Source: a virus. Taken from it: a DNA stretch of 64,000 nt. Below, in pieces: positions 53,085 to 63,443 of this stretch. Under the pieces are notes generated by a model, which was not told where the DNA came from, did not search any database, and saw only the letters and a list, made by a program, of their open reading frames with translations. Within the stretch, counting starts at the first letter, position 1, and every line of letters begins with the position of its first letter. The translations under genes and the position numbers were made by a program. The stretch is from IMG/VR virus record IMGVR_UViG_3300045988_168563, positions 1-64,000 of that record. One strand, given 5' to 3'.

Positions 53085-55046
53085 ATGAGTTGCGGATGTA
53101 ACAAGGAGGTATATAAGCGACCTGAGCGTGAGCCTAAGAAGGTCCACGTCGAACAGCTTTACAGGCGCATAGAGCAAACGCCTTGCTCGGTAGAGAGCAG
53201 GAAGCCTGTCTATCCTCAGACCGTCATGCAGGCTGTCTTTGATGGGTACACCGGCAAGCGTCTTGATCATGTGCTCACCATGGCCAACCATATCTATCTC
53301 CCTTGGCGAGGCTGCCTCAAGGATACCCTTAGGCAGATCCCTCGTGGCGTTCGTCGTCGCGGGCTCGTCATCACTATGGTAGATGGTGCAGGTCAGGTTA
53401 TTACGAGGCAGTACACCGGCTCCTGCAGCGATGGCTGTAAGGAGATCACCAATCCTAAGCACTGGTCTCCCATCGGCGCAAACAAGGATACGTTCTACAA
53501 GCCCTACAACATCAGGATGCAGGGTCAGAACCTCATCACTGAGTTCGTCGACGACCGCGGAAAGCTCCACGCTCTTCAGACGAAGATCGATGGGCTCTTC
53601 AGGTACGAGGTGAAGACCAGGGCATTCCTTGGCGCACCTGAGATGGCTGAGGAAGGAGTGATCTACCTTGTGCCTAACGATGATGCTCCCGGCACGTTCC
53701 GTGAGTTCATGAAGGTTAGCTACATGCGTAATGGTCAGCTCGTCCACAAGCTCGAGCAGTTTGGTAGTGCCTCAGGTATCTGCCAGCGACAGGGTGCTCC
53801 CGACAGGAGCCTCAAGAGCGTGGTCTATGAGAACGGTGAGCTTGTCTTCCGTGTAGGCCTTAGCCCTGAGATTGATACTGACGGATCCCTTGATGAGGTA
53901 CTGCGTGTACCTTTTGCTGTTGAGAACGGCAATCTCGAAGCTCTGGAACGTAGGGTGAAGGTCCTTGAGAACAAGGAGGACAAGGATACGATCTTCAATC
54001 CTTCTTCTCTCCTCAAGACCATTGAGGACCTGACTAACGAGTTGAAGGCTGTCAAGGCTAAGCAGGCAGAGCTTGAGCGCAAGCAGGATGTCTATGCCGT
54101 CTCTGGCGAGTGGGTCGATGACGACACCATCAAGATCCAGAACAACAATGGTACCAGCTTCCTCATCTCCAAGAATGTCGTGCAGGAATGGCGTGAGCTT
54201 CCCGCTAAGACGACCTTCGATGCTCCTCTGCCTGTAGAATGGGACACAGCTACCGATCCTACGCTCTACGCTGATGAGTCAACTGTAGTGCGCACCGCTG
54301 TCCTCGGCAAGCGTGTCGTGGTTGAGGAAGAGCTGTACCGCAATGGTCAGCCTACCGGTACCAAGCGTACGAAGAGTGATGTCCATACCCCAGGTGTTGC
54401 AGAGATGCGCAGGCGTGGTGCTAAGAAGCGTCCTGTTGTCACGACGCAGACGATCGTAGAGAAGGAACCTATCCAGCCAGGACCTAATGGACCTGACCAG
54501 TACGACAACAACGCCTTCGAGGATGTCATCGTCACTATCCAGCCTGTAGTCGGTGAGCGTCAGCGCAATGTCACCTACACGCTCATCGATGGTGTACGAC
54601 AGGCTAATCCTCAGTATGGCGAGTGGACTGTCACCAAGCCAGCTAAGCCCGGTTACAGGGTCGTAGGTAGGAAGAAGAGGCCTGTAACTGAGACCTACAC
54701 TACCTACCTCGGAAAGTACCCTCACAGGAGCGGTATCGGTGAGGAGGGGCACCCTATCACTGCAGCTGACATCAAGGCTCTGACGGCTACTGTCGCTTCC
54801 TCACCTGCAGAGGTGTTCAAGCAGATCACTGTAGTGTCTAACGAGAACTCAAAGTTCTCTTATGCATATCCCAAGAGTCTGGGTGCTGTCACCAAGATCA
54901 TCGATGGTTCGAATGATGATATCAGGGAGAACTTCGATGAGACCACGGTAAGCATTGATGGTGTTGACTACCTCGTCTACACCATCGCCGCACCATTCGG
55001 CTCCACGAGAAAGCGTCAAGAAATCCCATTCACTTTTGTTAAGTAA
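53085..55046 (+). CDS. large virion structural protein (tail fibre-like)
   Basis: 653 aa with an internal coiled coil (LEALERRVKVLENKEDKD...KAKQAELERKQ). The minus ORF 53076..53747 is antisense. Confidence 0.5.
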   Translation: MSCGCNKEVYKRPEREPKKVHVEQLYRRIEQTPCSVESRKPVYPQTVMQAVFDGYTGKRLDHVLTMANHIYLPWRGCLKDTLRQIPRGVRRRGLVITMVDGAGQVITRQYTGSCSDGCKEITNPKHWSPIGANKDTFYKPYNIRMQGQNLITEFVDDRGKLHALQTKIDGLFRYEVKTRAFLGAPEMAEEGVIYLVPNDDAPGTFREFMKVSYMRNGQLVHKLEQFGSASGICQRQGAPDRSLKSVVYENGELVFRVGLSPEIDTDGSLDEVLRVPFAVENGNLEALERRVKVLENKEDKDTIFNPSSLLKTIEDLTNELKAVKAKQAELERKQDVYAVSGEWVDDDTIKIQNNNGTSFLISKNVVQEWRELPAKTTFDAPLPVEWDTATDPTLYADESTVVRTAVLGKRVVVEEELYRNGQPTGTKRTKSDVHTPGVAEMRRRGAKKRPVVTTQTIVEKEPIQPGPNGPDQYDNNAFEDVIVTIQPVVGERQRNVTYTLIDGVRQANPQYGEWTVTKPAKPGYRVVGRKKRPVTETYTTYLGKYPHRSGIGEEGHPITAADIKALTATVASSPAEVFKQITVVSNENSKFSYAYPKSLGAVTKIIDGSNDDIRENFDETTVSIDGVDYLVYTIAAPFGSTRKRQEIPFTFVK

Positions 55047-55051
55047 TAAAC

Positions 55052-55591
55052 ATGGCAAGTAATTTCAAGAACATAGCCATCACCTTTGGCTATGAAGGGG
55101 ATCTCCCCAACTTCGAGCGCGACCAGTTCGCCACTCTGTCGGATATGAAGCAGGTCGTCGACACCATCGACGAGGGTCACATGTCCTTCTGTAAGGAAAC
55201 GAAGAAGCACTATGTCTTCCACTCTTCCAACACTCTCGATGCAACAACCGGTAAGTGGAGGGAGATCGCTGACCCTGCTGAGGTGGCTGCAAGCAAGCAG
55301 ACTCTCGAGGCTCAGAAGACTAAGCTCCAGTCTATCGAGGGCACCGTCAACCAGCAGAAGCAGACCATTAGCCAGGCTAAGGGTAAGGCTGACGAGAACG
55401 CTGGCAAGATCGCTACCCTTGAGTCTACGATCCAGCAGCTGCAGGCTAAGATCTCTCAGCTGGAGTCCGCTCCTGCACATGAGGATCAGATCACGTTTGT
55501 TGACTCGCTTGAAGCATACCAGGCTCTTACTGAGGCTACGAGGAAGAAGAAGAATCATCTCTTCGTAATCGGTAAGGCACCAGAAGCATAA
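55052..55591 (+). CDS. coiled-coil structural protein
   Basis: Heptad-rich centre (KQTLEAQKTKLQSIEGTVNQQKQTISQAKGKADENAGKIATLESTIQQLQAKISQLES). Confidence 0.5.
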   Translation: MASNFKNIAITFGYEGDLPNFERDQFATLSDMKQVVDTIDEGHMSFCKETKKHYVFHSSNTLDATTGKWREIADPAEVAASKQTLEAQKTKLQSIEGTVNQQKQTISQAKGKADENAGKIATLESTIQQLQAKISQLESAPAHEDQITFVDSLEAYQALTEATRKKKNHLFVIGKAPEA

Positions 55592-55596
55592 AGACC

Positions 55597-56205
55597 ATGA
55601 AGGTGAACGTAATCCTACTGTTGATAGCTATCACGTTATCGGCGGTAGGGTACGCCTCCTTCCTCAGGAACGAAAACCAGAGACTTCGCATTGAGGAAGA
55701 GAGAGCGTATGGAAATCTTCGCGCAGAGATAGCAGCATCAGATAGCTTGAAGAATCAGAGCAAGCTATACAAGATGACTATCGACGAGCTTGAGCAGAGA
55801 GGTGATAGCATCAGCATCGCTCTCCTCAAGACCAAGAAGGAGCTAAAGGTTAAGGATAAGGACTTGAAGGCTCTGGCTGAGTTCAGGTCTGCATTCTCGA
55901 CTAAGGATACCTTGGTCCTGCGCGATACTATATTTGCCCCTGGGGTCTCCTTAGATACTATCTTAGGAGATGAATGGTACAAGCTAAGGTTGGCGTTACG
56001 CTACCCAGATACTCTAAGAACGGACCTGTCGGTGCTATCAAAGAAGCACATCGTAGTACATACACGCAGGTTTATTCGCAAGCCATCGAAGATCTTCTTC
56101 ATCCGTTGGTTCCAGAAAAGAAGCACGGAGGTCATCGTTGACGTTAAGGACTTGAACCCCTACATTAGTGAGGAAGGTAGTAGGTTCGTTGAGATTGTTA
56201 ATTAA
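55597..56205 (+). CDS. N-terminally membrane-anchored coiled-coil protein (spanin/lysis-accessory candidate)
   Basis: TM helix VILLLIATLSAVGYASF followed by a coiled coil. First gene of a compact trio ending in a wall-hydrolase-like gene. Confidence 0.4.
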   Translation: MKVNVILLLIAITLSAVGYASFLRNENQRLRIEEERAYGNLRAEIAASDSLKNQSKLYKMTIDELEQRGDSISIALLKTKKELKVKDKDLKALAEFRSAFSTKDTLVLRDTIFAPGVSLDTILGDEWYKLRLALRYPDTLRTDLSVLSKKHIVVHTRRFIRKPSKIFFIRWFQKRSTEVIVDVKDLNPYISEEGSRFVEIVN

Positions 56206-56207
56206 AG

Positions 56208-56561
56208 ATGCATGAGTTTATCGTTAGCAGTATTATCAGCATAGTCACCTCGACTATCAGTGCCTTCGTGACGTTCATCTTCACCAAGAAGAAGTACCAA
56301 GCGGAGACCGGAGCGATCGAGGTAGCTAACATGAAGGAGAGCCTTGAATTCTATCAGACGCTCTCCGAAGACAACAAGAGGAGGCTTATAGCTCTCCTTG
56401 AGGAAAACGAGAAACAGCGTGAGAGCATCGAGAAGCAGCGCGAGGAGATCAGCAGGCAGAGGGAAGAGATCTCAGATCTCAAGGCTCAGATCGCCGAGCT
56501 AGCAAGCCTCGTGAAGGAAGCGACAAGGAACGTCGATGCTAACGCGGATCAGATACCCTAA
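56208..56561 (+). CDS. N-terminally membrane-anchored coiled-coil protein (holin/spanin candidate)
   Basis: TM helix SSIISIVTSTISAFVTFIF followed by an EEQRE-rich coiled coil. Confidence 0.4.
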   Translation: MHEFIVSSIISIVTSTISAFVTFIFTKKKYQAETGAIEVANMKESLEFYQTLSEDNKRRLIALLEENEKQRESIEKQREEISRQREEISDLKAQIAELASLVKEATRNVDANADQIP

Positions 56562-56566
56562 GGCTT

Positions 56567-57001
56567 ATGAAGATTGAACTAAAGAGAGTAGCACTCAAAG
56601 AGACGTACACTATCGGTAAGCTATACATCGATGGTGTTTACTTCTGTGATACGCTAGAGGATAAGGTAAGGGACCTGAATGAGAATGGCAGGTTTGACAA
56701 TGGCGAGCGTAAGGTCATGCATGAGACCGCCATCCCCTATGGCAAGTACAAGGTCGTTGTCAATATGTCCCCACACTTCGGTAAGGAACTTCCTCGTCTC
56801 CTCAATGTTCCCGATTTTGACGGCATTCTTATTCACGCAGGGAACAATAAAGGCCATACGTCTGGCTGTATCCTCGTAGGTAAGAATAAGGTCGTCGGTG
56901 GACTTGTAGACTCTAAGACCACGTCTGAGGCCCTCACAGCCCGCCTAAAGGCTTCTCAGCAAAAAGGTGAGGAAATATATATCTTTATCACGCGAGGCTA
57001 A
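56567..57001 (+). CDS. DUF5675-like, YkuD-fold-like putative peptidoglycan-acting enzyme (endolysin candidate)
   Basis: TIGKLYIDGVYFCDTLED...ETAIPYGKYKV...PRLLNVPDFDGILIHAGNNKGHTSGCILVG. The H..x..(S/T)xGC arrangement resembles the L,D-transpeptidase catalytic motif. Confidence 0.45.
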   Translation: MKIELKRVALKETYTIGKLYIDGVYFCDTLEDKVRDLNENGRFDNGERKVMHETAIPYGKYKVVVNMSPHFGKELPRLLNVPDFDGILIHAGNNKGHTSGCILVGKNKVVGGLVDSKTTSEALTARLKASQQKGEEIYIFITRG

Positions 57002-57046
57002 CAGAGCGCGTTTCTGAGCCTTGTAGTACATATTAAGAGAAAGAAC

Positions 57047-58225
57047 ATGAATCCAGAAGAATTTAGTCTTGCTTCATTTGGTCTTGAGGACGGTAGGTAC
57101 GAAGAGCCTGCAGAACCCCAAGGTCTAGCAGATGTCAATTCAGGTGGGCCAGTAGGACTTCCTGATATCTTCCTCAGAGGCGAGCTCAGCGAGCCGACTC
57201 CAGAAGATGGCAATGCTGAACCTGAGCCTCAGGAAGAGCCTAAGCAAGGTGAAGAACCAGCTGTACCGCAGCCCGAAGAACCAGGCGTAGAACCCATCCA
57301 TGAGGAAGAAGTCAAAGGTGATAACCTTGGCGGAGACGTGTACTCCGCATTTGCTCAGGACCTCGTAAAGGGAAACGTACTCAAGTTCATCGACCCCAAG
57401 GAGATTGGCGGAGAGCTTACCCCAGACCAACTCTCAGACCTTATTGACCAGGAAGCGGCTAACCGCGCTGGCGATAAGGTTAAGCGTTTTGAGGAGGCTA
57501 TGGCTGCAAACGTCACTGTCGATGAGTACACGCAGTACTCTAACATTATCGATACCCTGAGCAGTATCGACGAGGACCAGCTCACCAAGGAAAATGATGC
57601 GCAAGCTGAATCCACCCGACGTGAGCTTATCTACATGTCATATATCAACAAGGGGTTCTCTGAGGAAAGGGCAAAGCGCGAGGTAGAAAAGTCTATCAAT
57701 GCCGGCACAGATGTAGCCGACGCTGTCGATGCCCTTCAAGACTGCAAGGACTTCTACGTGAGGTCTTATAACAACCTCCTTGCTCAGCGTGAAGCTGAGG
57801 CTAAGGAACAGCAGGCTCAGATCGAGATGCACGCACAGGCTCTCCGTTCAGCTGTGTTAGAAGATAACTCCTTCTATGAGACGCTTGGTGTAGATAACGC
57901 TATCCGTGATCTCGCATATAAGGCTCTCACAGAACCAGCATATAAGGATAAGTCCACTGGACAGACGCTCACCGCACTAGAGTACGCCATGCAGAGTGAC
58001 CCTGTGTCATTCTCTCGCAATGTAGGCGTGCTCTTTGCTCTGACGGATGGTTTCAAGGACTTGTCTAAGATCGGCCAAAAGGCAGTACAGAAGGAGGTCT
58101 CCTCAAAGATGTCTGCCTTGGAAGCAAAGCTACGCACGCCAGAGAGGCGTGGTAACTCGCAATTAGTCAGCAGTGGTGGGCCCATCGCACATCTGATAGA
58201 TGGCACCCCTGTTAAAATCAGATAG
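57047..58225 (+). CDS. scaffolding-like protein
   Basis: Acidic, Pro/Glu-rich N-terminus, long helical body, immediately upstream of the capsid gene. Confidence 0.45.
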   Translation: MNPEEFSLASFGLEDGRYEEPAEPQGLADVNSGGPVGLPDIFLRGELSEPTPEDGNAEPEPQEEPKQGEEPAVPQPEEPGVEPIHEEEVKGDNLGGDVYSAFAQDLVKGNVLKFIDPKEIGGELTPDQLSDLIDQEAANRAGDKVKRFEEAMAANVTVDEYTQYSNIIDTLSSIDEDQLTKENDAQAESTRRELIYMSYINKGFSEERAKREVEKSINAGTDVADAVDALQDCKDFYVRSYNNLLAQREAEAKEQQAQIEMHAQALRSAVLEDNSFYETLGVDNAIRDLAYKALTEPAYKDKSTGQTLTALEYAMQSDPVSFSRNVGVLFALTDGFKDLSKIGQKAVQKEVSSKMSALEAKLRTPERRGNSQLVSSGGPIAHLIDGTPVKIR

Positions 58226-58231
58226 TAATAT

Positions 58232-59794
58232 ATGAGTAAGTTAATTCAGAATGGGCTCCAGCCCTTACAGGTAGCAAGGACCTCTGGGTGGACTGGTCTG
58301 ACGACCGAGAACCACCTCGCATCCATCGGCTATCGCTCTCCCCAGCTTCTGGCGGACTTTATGGTTAACCTTGTGTCACGAAATTCAAAGGGTAGTAACC
58401 TCGAGGCTTTCCTGCGCAAGTTCCCCATCAAGTACGTAGAAACGACCAACGACTACGAGTGGGACGTCGTCGGCGGCTATAGGCGTAATATCCCTCTGAT
58501 CCAGGCTCGCGACGAGAGCGGTGCTATCATCGACGAAAACTACGGCAACGTCGGTCGCAACTTCTCTCCCTTCTACCTGGTCTTCCCCGAGGACTACTTC
58601 TTCAAGGGTGAGATCATCATGGGTGAGAAGAACGAAGTCTATCCTCTCCACATCCAGGATCACCCTGTCAACGAAGGCTCGCAGGTTGTCTACCGCGTAG
58701 TCCTCGCTAACGGTGATGAGAATGGTATCCCTGCAAGGGAGCTTCTGGAAGGCCGCAGATTCAGCTACTCTCACACGATCATCGAGAGTGAAATGTCTCG
58801 CAGCGTTGGCGGTATCCGCTTCGGTGAGGCTAACAGGATGCGCAACAACTTCACTAACATCCGTCTCGACTACAAGGTCGCTTCTGAGCGTTTCGTCAAG
58901 GAGAACAGCGGTATGATGTTCCTCTATCCTTTCATCGATCCCGACAACGGCAACAAGGTTGAGATCAAGGAAGCATGGGTACACTACACCGAGTGGCTTG
59001 CTGAAATCCAGTTCCGCGAAATGAAGGCTAACATGCTTGCCTATGGTCGCTCCACCAAGGGCGCTAACGGTGAGTTCACGCTCTTCGGTGCTTCCGGTAA
59101 CAAGATCAAGACAGGTGCAGGTCTCTACGAGCAGATCTCCTACGGCAATCAGCACTACTACACGAAGTTCAACATCGAGATGTTCGAACGCGCACTGGTA
59201 GACTTCTCTGTCGACAACAAGGAGTTCGGCGAACGTAAGTATATCCTCCGTACCGGTGAGTATGGTGCTATCGCCTTCCACAAGGCTGTTTCTGACTCTG
59301 TCAAGGGCTGGGCTTATATCGGTGATGGTAACGCTCCCGCTGTCACGAGGACGAACAGTCCTTACCACGACAACGCTATGGCTGCAGGCTACCAGTTCAC
59401 TGAGTACCGCGCTCCTAACGGCGTGACGATCACTCTCGACATCGACAGCATGTACGATGACATCGTTCGTAACAAGATCTCTCACCCCCAGGGAGGTACG
59501 GCATTCTCTCACCGCTTCGACCTCTTCGACTGCGGTACGACGGACAACCCCAACATCCAGCTTGTACAGCCTAAGGGTGCAGAAGAACACCGCTCTGTCA
59601 TCGTGGGTACGACGAGGTACAATGTTGCAGGCACGCTGATGAGCCACGCTCTGAGCGCTTATGGTGGTGGTACCTACCAGCACTCTGCTAACGACGAGGA
59701 TAGCGTACAGTTCACTCGCACCGCTACGATGGGTGTATGTGTCCGTGACGCTTCGCGCGTAATGTCGTTCATCCCCTCGATCCTCAGGGACTAA
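58232..59794 (+). CDS. major capsid protein (crAss-type HK97-fold size class)
   Basis: 520 aa ORF after the scaffold-like gene. The strongest antisense shadow ORF in the window (58385..59683) indicates biased, highly expressed codon usage. Call is by position and size. Confidence 0.65.
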   Translation: MSKLIQNGLQPLQVARTSGWTGLTTENHLASIGYRSPQLLADFMVNLVSRNSKGSNLEAFLRKFPIKYVETTNDYEWDVVGGYRRNIPLIQARDESGAIIDENYGNVGRNFSPFYLVFPEDYFFKGEIIMGEKNEVYPLHIQDHPVNEGSQVVYRVVLANGDENGIPARELLEGRRFSYSHTIIESEMSRSVGGIRFGEANRMRNNFTNIRLDYKVASERFVKENSGMMFLYPFIDPDNGNKVEIKEAWVHYTEWLAEIQFREMKANMLAYGRSTKGANGEFTLFGASGNKIKTGAGLYEQISYGNQHYYTKFNIEMFERALVDFSVDNKEFGERKYILRTGEYGAIAFHKAVSDSVKGWAYIGDGNAPAVTRTNSPYHDNAMAAGYQFTEYRAPNGVTITLDIDSMYDDIVRNKISHPQGGTAFSHRFDLFDCGTTDNPNIQLVQPKGAEEHRSVIVGTTRYNVAGTLMSHALSAYGGGTYQHSANDEDSVQFTRTATMGVCVRDASRVMSFIPSILRD

Positions 59795-59821
59795 GGCTAA
59801 CTAAGAATACATAGAATAGAA

Positions 59822-60727
59822 ATGGCAAAGAAATCAACCAACATCGAAGAGTCCGTCCTCGTGAAGAACGAGGGCGGGTTCTCGCTACCTAATAGGAGGG
59901 TCAACGTCACGATGATCCCCAAGAAGACCCCACTGGTGACCAGCAAGAACCACGTTCTCGCTTCCGGTAGGGCTCCTGGTGCGACAGTGACGATCTGTGT
60001 ACCTGTTAAGATCGATGGATCCTACGTGCAGGTTCTGACTGAGGAAGAGCAGGAATGTCTCGTTAAGCTGATGGGTCTTCCCAAGGATGCCCTCTCCAGC
60101 TACCTCAGGGTGAACAACTACTGGGATAACTACTCTATCAAGCTCAATGCTGAGGATAAGTCTATTGACCTCAGCACGCCTGAGGGGTACATCGAGTACA
60201 AGGTCCTTGCAGCTAACAAGCATATCATTGCTACGTCGGCTGAGGAACACAGGAAGAACCCCGACTCTGAGCATCTGTACCTCCTGTCGTTTGAGGATGA
60301 GCGTGCTAAGCGCATTGAGGAAGAGGCAGACCTCTCTATCAACGCTATCATGCTCCTCAATGGCATCAGGGATGACCGCGACACTATGCGTGCCGTTCTG
60401 GAGCGTCTCACAGGCGCTGCACTGTCCCTTAGGGTTGATAGGTCCTTCCTCCTCAACAAGCTGACTAAGGTCGCACAGGAGTCGCCTAAGCGCTTCATTG
60501 AGGTAGCAGGTAATGAGAACCTCGCTTCGATGGTGGTCATCAAGAAGGCTGCAGCTCTCAAGCTCATCTTCAACAAGGGTGGTAAGTTCTATCGTTTGGA
60601 CAACACACCCATTTGTAATGTAGATGAGGAGCCAACGCTGGAGAATGCATCAGCATATCTCTCGCGTCCTCAGAATCAGGAGGAGCTCCTGACTCTCAAG
60701 GCTAGTATTAAGGAAGCAGAAAAGTAG
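59822..60727 (+). CDS. head-module protein
   Basis: ORF track; follows the capsid gene. Confidence 0.5.
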   Translation: MAKKSTNIEESVLVKNEGGFSLPNRRVNVTMIPKKTPLVTSKNHVLASGRAPGATVTICVPVKIDGSYVQVLTEEEQECLVKLMGLPKDALSSYLRVNNYWDNYSIKLNAEDKSIDLSTPEGYIEYKVLAANKHIIATSAEEHRKNPDSEHLYLLSFEDERAKRIEEEADLSINAIMLLNGIRDDRDTMRAVLERLTGAALSLRVDRSFLLNKLTKVAQESPKRFIEVAGNENLASMVVIKKAAALKLIFNKGGKFYRLDNTPICNVDEEPTLENASAYLSRPQNQEELLTLKASIKEAEK

Positions 60728-60730
60728 ACC

Positions 60731-61387
60731 ATGACGGTACAGGAGCTCTCTCACGAGTTTGATCTTCTATACAACAACCTGTCGAGCAACAGCGCTCCAG
60801 GTCTTACTGAGTATGAGAAGAGTCGCCTCCTGACAACAGCACAGGAACAGGTCCTCTCCGCTATCATCGGCGGGGAGGATCTCCCTGGTCTGGACGGCTC
60901 CGATGAGAACAGGTCTCGTCTGCACACTCTCCTCAAGGACTATGAAGCTGTAGCATCTGTCACGACCACGACTAGGGAGCTGAAAGGCATCCAGGGCGTG
61001 ACAAGCTATTCTAGGTTCTTTGCCACACCAGAGGATATGATACAGCCTCTCTATGAGTACGTCAGTGGTGTAGGTGGTTGCGCTATCACAGTCGCACCAG
61101 TAAGCCACGACAAGATCGCTAAGAGGCTTGTCAATCCCTTCTCAGGTCCTACCATCCAGCCACTGCGCCTTATGGCAGGTGACATGGTAGAGATCATCTA
61201 CAAGAGGGATTTCTCTGGCTACTCTATGCGTTATCTTCGCATACCAAAGCCAATCATCTTGGAGGATATCCAGGATGGGCTCACAATAAATGGAGAGACG
61301 AAGGCTCGCACTAGTGAGCTCAATCCGTACCTCCACCGGTCTATCGTTTTACAGGCCGTGCAACTAGCACGTGCCGCATGGAAATAA
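60731..61387 (+). CDS. head-module protein (head-completion/connector candidate)
   Basis: ORF track; position only. Confidence 0.4.
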   Translation: MTVQELSHEFDLLYNNLSSNSAPGLTEYEKSRLLTTAQEQVLSAIIGGEDLPGLDGSDENRSRLHTLLKDYEAVASVTTTTRELKGIQGVTSYSRFFATPEDMIQPLYEYVSGVGGCAITVAPVSHDKIAKRLVNPFSGPTIQPLRLMAGDMVEIIYKRDFSGYSMRYLRIPKPIILEDIQDGLTINGETKARTSELNPYLHRSIVLQAVQLARAAWK

Positions 61388-61393
61388 TTATTT

Positions 61394-62458
61394 ATGGGTT
61401 ACAAGGTTAATCAGGTGCGACAGGTATATGTCGCAAATAAGGTTGAGCTGGCCACTGGCTTTGGTCCTAGTGATCATCTCCCCGAAAAGGGCGACCTCGG
61501 TGAGGCTAGGCTGTTCATCAATGACGAGGGCGGCTACATGTACTTCGAGTATCGCACGCACAATGGTGTTGTCCGCACTGACGAGATTCCTCTGGCGAGC
61601 ATCAACAAGATCCGCCTCACGAAGAAGGAACAGCTCCGTCATCACAAGGATTGCTACAAGATCACGATCCCCGCTACGTCTACGGTAGAAAAGCAGAATG
61701 TCGACATCTATGTTGACATCTTCGGCGTTTACACGAACACGCAGCTGAACAAGATCACTGAGTCTATCAACTTCGACTACGATGGTAGCTTCAACCTCGA
61801 CAAGGATAACTTCCTTCTCGCTGTTCTTGATCTCGCTAAGAGGCTGTATCAGATTCGTGAGAACGCCGTTCAGGTCTTCATCGACACTGCAGGCACGGAG
61901 GACACGATCGGTACTCTTGTAGAGGTCAAGCACGATATGACGTTCGACCAGCTCAAGGCTGCCGCTACTAACATCAACGGTCTTATCCTCAAGGAAAATC
62001 AGACGTTCTTCTACAACCCCGCTCACTCGGCTCCCACGTATAGGCTGAGCTTTAAGCCTCGTGTCATGATGACTGGTGCATCAGACAACACGAACATCGT
62101 CTGCAAGCGCGTCAAGCTCGACTACACGAATGCTGACAACTACGAGATCAATGGTCCTGTAGTAGCAGACATGGAACGCTTCCACTTCGGATTCCGTGGT
62201 GATGAGTACCAGGGTCTTGGTCAGGGTTACAAGCTCCCTGTGGGTATGGTAGCTGATCCTACGCAGGAGTACGACGCTCTGGATATCCACTACGCTCACC
62301 TCGGTTCTGGTACTCAGACCTTCCGCAGTGAGAAGGATATCACGCTCTACGGCAAGTACGACGAGCTGAAGGCTCTTCTTGATGGTAAGTTCAAGGACGC
62401 TATCAAGAAGGAGCTTCATCCTGCCAAGGATGGTGTCGCCATTCTTGACGAATGCTAA
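61394..62458 (+). CDS. head-module protein (auxiliary/decoration capsid protein candidate)
   Basis: 354 aa; last gene before the strong terminator. The minus ORF 61388..62026 is antisense. Confidence 0.4.
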   Translation: MGYKVNQVRQVYVANKVELATGFGPSDHLPEKGDLGEARLFINDEGGYMYFEYRTHNGVVRTDEIPLASINKIRLTKKEQLRHHKDCYKITIPATSTVEKQNVDIYVDIFGVYTNTQLNKITESINFDYDGSFNLDKDNFLLAVLDLAKRLYQIRENAVQVFIDTAGTEDTIGTLVEVKHDMTFDQLKAAATNINGLILKENQTFFYNPAHSAPTYRLSFKPRVMMTGASDNTNIVCKRVKLDYTNADNYEINGPVVADMERFHFGFRGDEYQGLGQGYKLPVGMVADPTQEYDALDIHYAHLGSGTQTFRSEKDITLYGKYDELKALLDGKFKDAIKKELHPAKDGVAILDEC

Positions 62459-62477
62459 CCAACCTCATGTAGAATCT

Positions 62478-62516
62478 GGGGGTCATCTACACCTGTAGGT
62501 GGCCCCCTTATTTCTT
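62478..62516 (+). terminator. intrinsic terminator closing the capsid transcription unit
   Basis: ggggg.ca.ctac-acct-gtag.tg.ccccc hairpin followed by TTATTTCTT. Confidence 0.7.
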
Positions 62517-62524
62517 AAATACAA

Positions 62525-63136
62525 ATGATCGAGATCAATGAATTGCTGGTAGACACCAGGGTAAATAAACTAATCATCGACATCAGCGTATCCTCACTAT
62601 GCTACTACGACAACATGTGGTTGAGGAAGGTCAAGGTCACTGTTGGGGATAAGGTCAAGCATGAGCAGGATATCTCTGCCATCCCTAAGGATATTGCTAC
62701 AGCTAACCTATGCCGTGAGTTCTGTGGTGTCCTCCCTACTGAGTCTGAGATGGCTCATAACGACCTGAGGAGGAAGAGAGCACGTCTTGAGCTTAGACTG
62801 GACAAGATCAACGCTAATGCCACTGATCTCTTCCTCATTGACGTAGAGCTTGCTGGTGCACCTATGGAGAGCACGCCTTGTGGTCTAGACAAGAACAAGT
62901 TCCAGCTTATCACCTACGATGAAGGGATCTTCTATCGTCGCTTGAGGAAGAGCATAGGTGCTGGTGAGGAAGGTAAGTATAACAAGTCGGCTGTCATTGA
63001 CACCATCCTCCTCATGGAGGGTATGCGCGCTGCAGTACGTTGTGGCGATGTCAATGCAGCTAACCGCTTCTGGGCCCTGACTGGTGAACCTGTGGCTGAG
63101 GAGAAGAAGAAATGTAGTAGCTGCAATGACCGATAG
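62525..63136 (+). CDS. hypothetical structural-module protein
   Basis: ORF track. Confidence 0.5.
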   Translation: MIEINELLVDTRVNKLIIDISVSSLCYYDNMWLRKVKVTVGDKVKHEQDISAIPKDIATANLCREFCGVLPTESEMAHNDLRRKRARLELRLDKINANATDLFLIDVELAGAPMESTPCGLDKNKFQLITYDEGIFYRRLRKSIGAGEEGKYNKSAVIDTILLMEGMRAAVRCGDVNAANRFWALTGEPVAEEKKKCSSCNDR

Positions 63137-63443
63137 AGAAATCATAGATCTCCTACTTGACTATTACGATGGTCTTAGTAAGGGAGAAGCCAAGGACGAC
63201 AAGGATCTGCTCATCGCTATAGAGATAGCTATCATCGACAGGACCTCGCTAGGGCTATATGCCACGGTAGAGGAATACAGGTCGATGCTATCTATCCTTT
63301 CCTCAGAGCTATCTTTGTGTGGGGTTGACTTCGGCGCAGGCGATCTCATCCTCAATGACCCTGTAGAATCCAACAAGAGGCTCAGGGTGACACAGCGTTG
63401 CGAGATACGTGTCGCTGACAATACCTTTAGAATTGAAGTGTAA
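63126..63443 (+). CDS. hypothetical structural-module protein
   Basis: Start taken at ATG 63126 (MTDREIIDLL). The track start 63084 would overlap the upstream gene by 53 nt. Confidence 0.45.
   Translation: MTDREIIDLLLDYYDGLSKGEAKDDKDLLIAIEIAIIDRTSLGLYATVEEYRSMLSILSSELSLCGVDFGAGDLILNDPVESNKRLRVTQRCEIRVADNTFRIEV

Noticed and set aside
58385-59683. 432-aa minus-strand ORF opposite the capsid gene, with similar long antisense ORFs at 47898..48782, 53076..53747, 61388..62026 and 10992..11753
   Set aside because: These are Val/Leu/Asp/Arg-rich shadow frames of strongly codon-biased genes. They have no independent start context.
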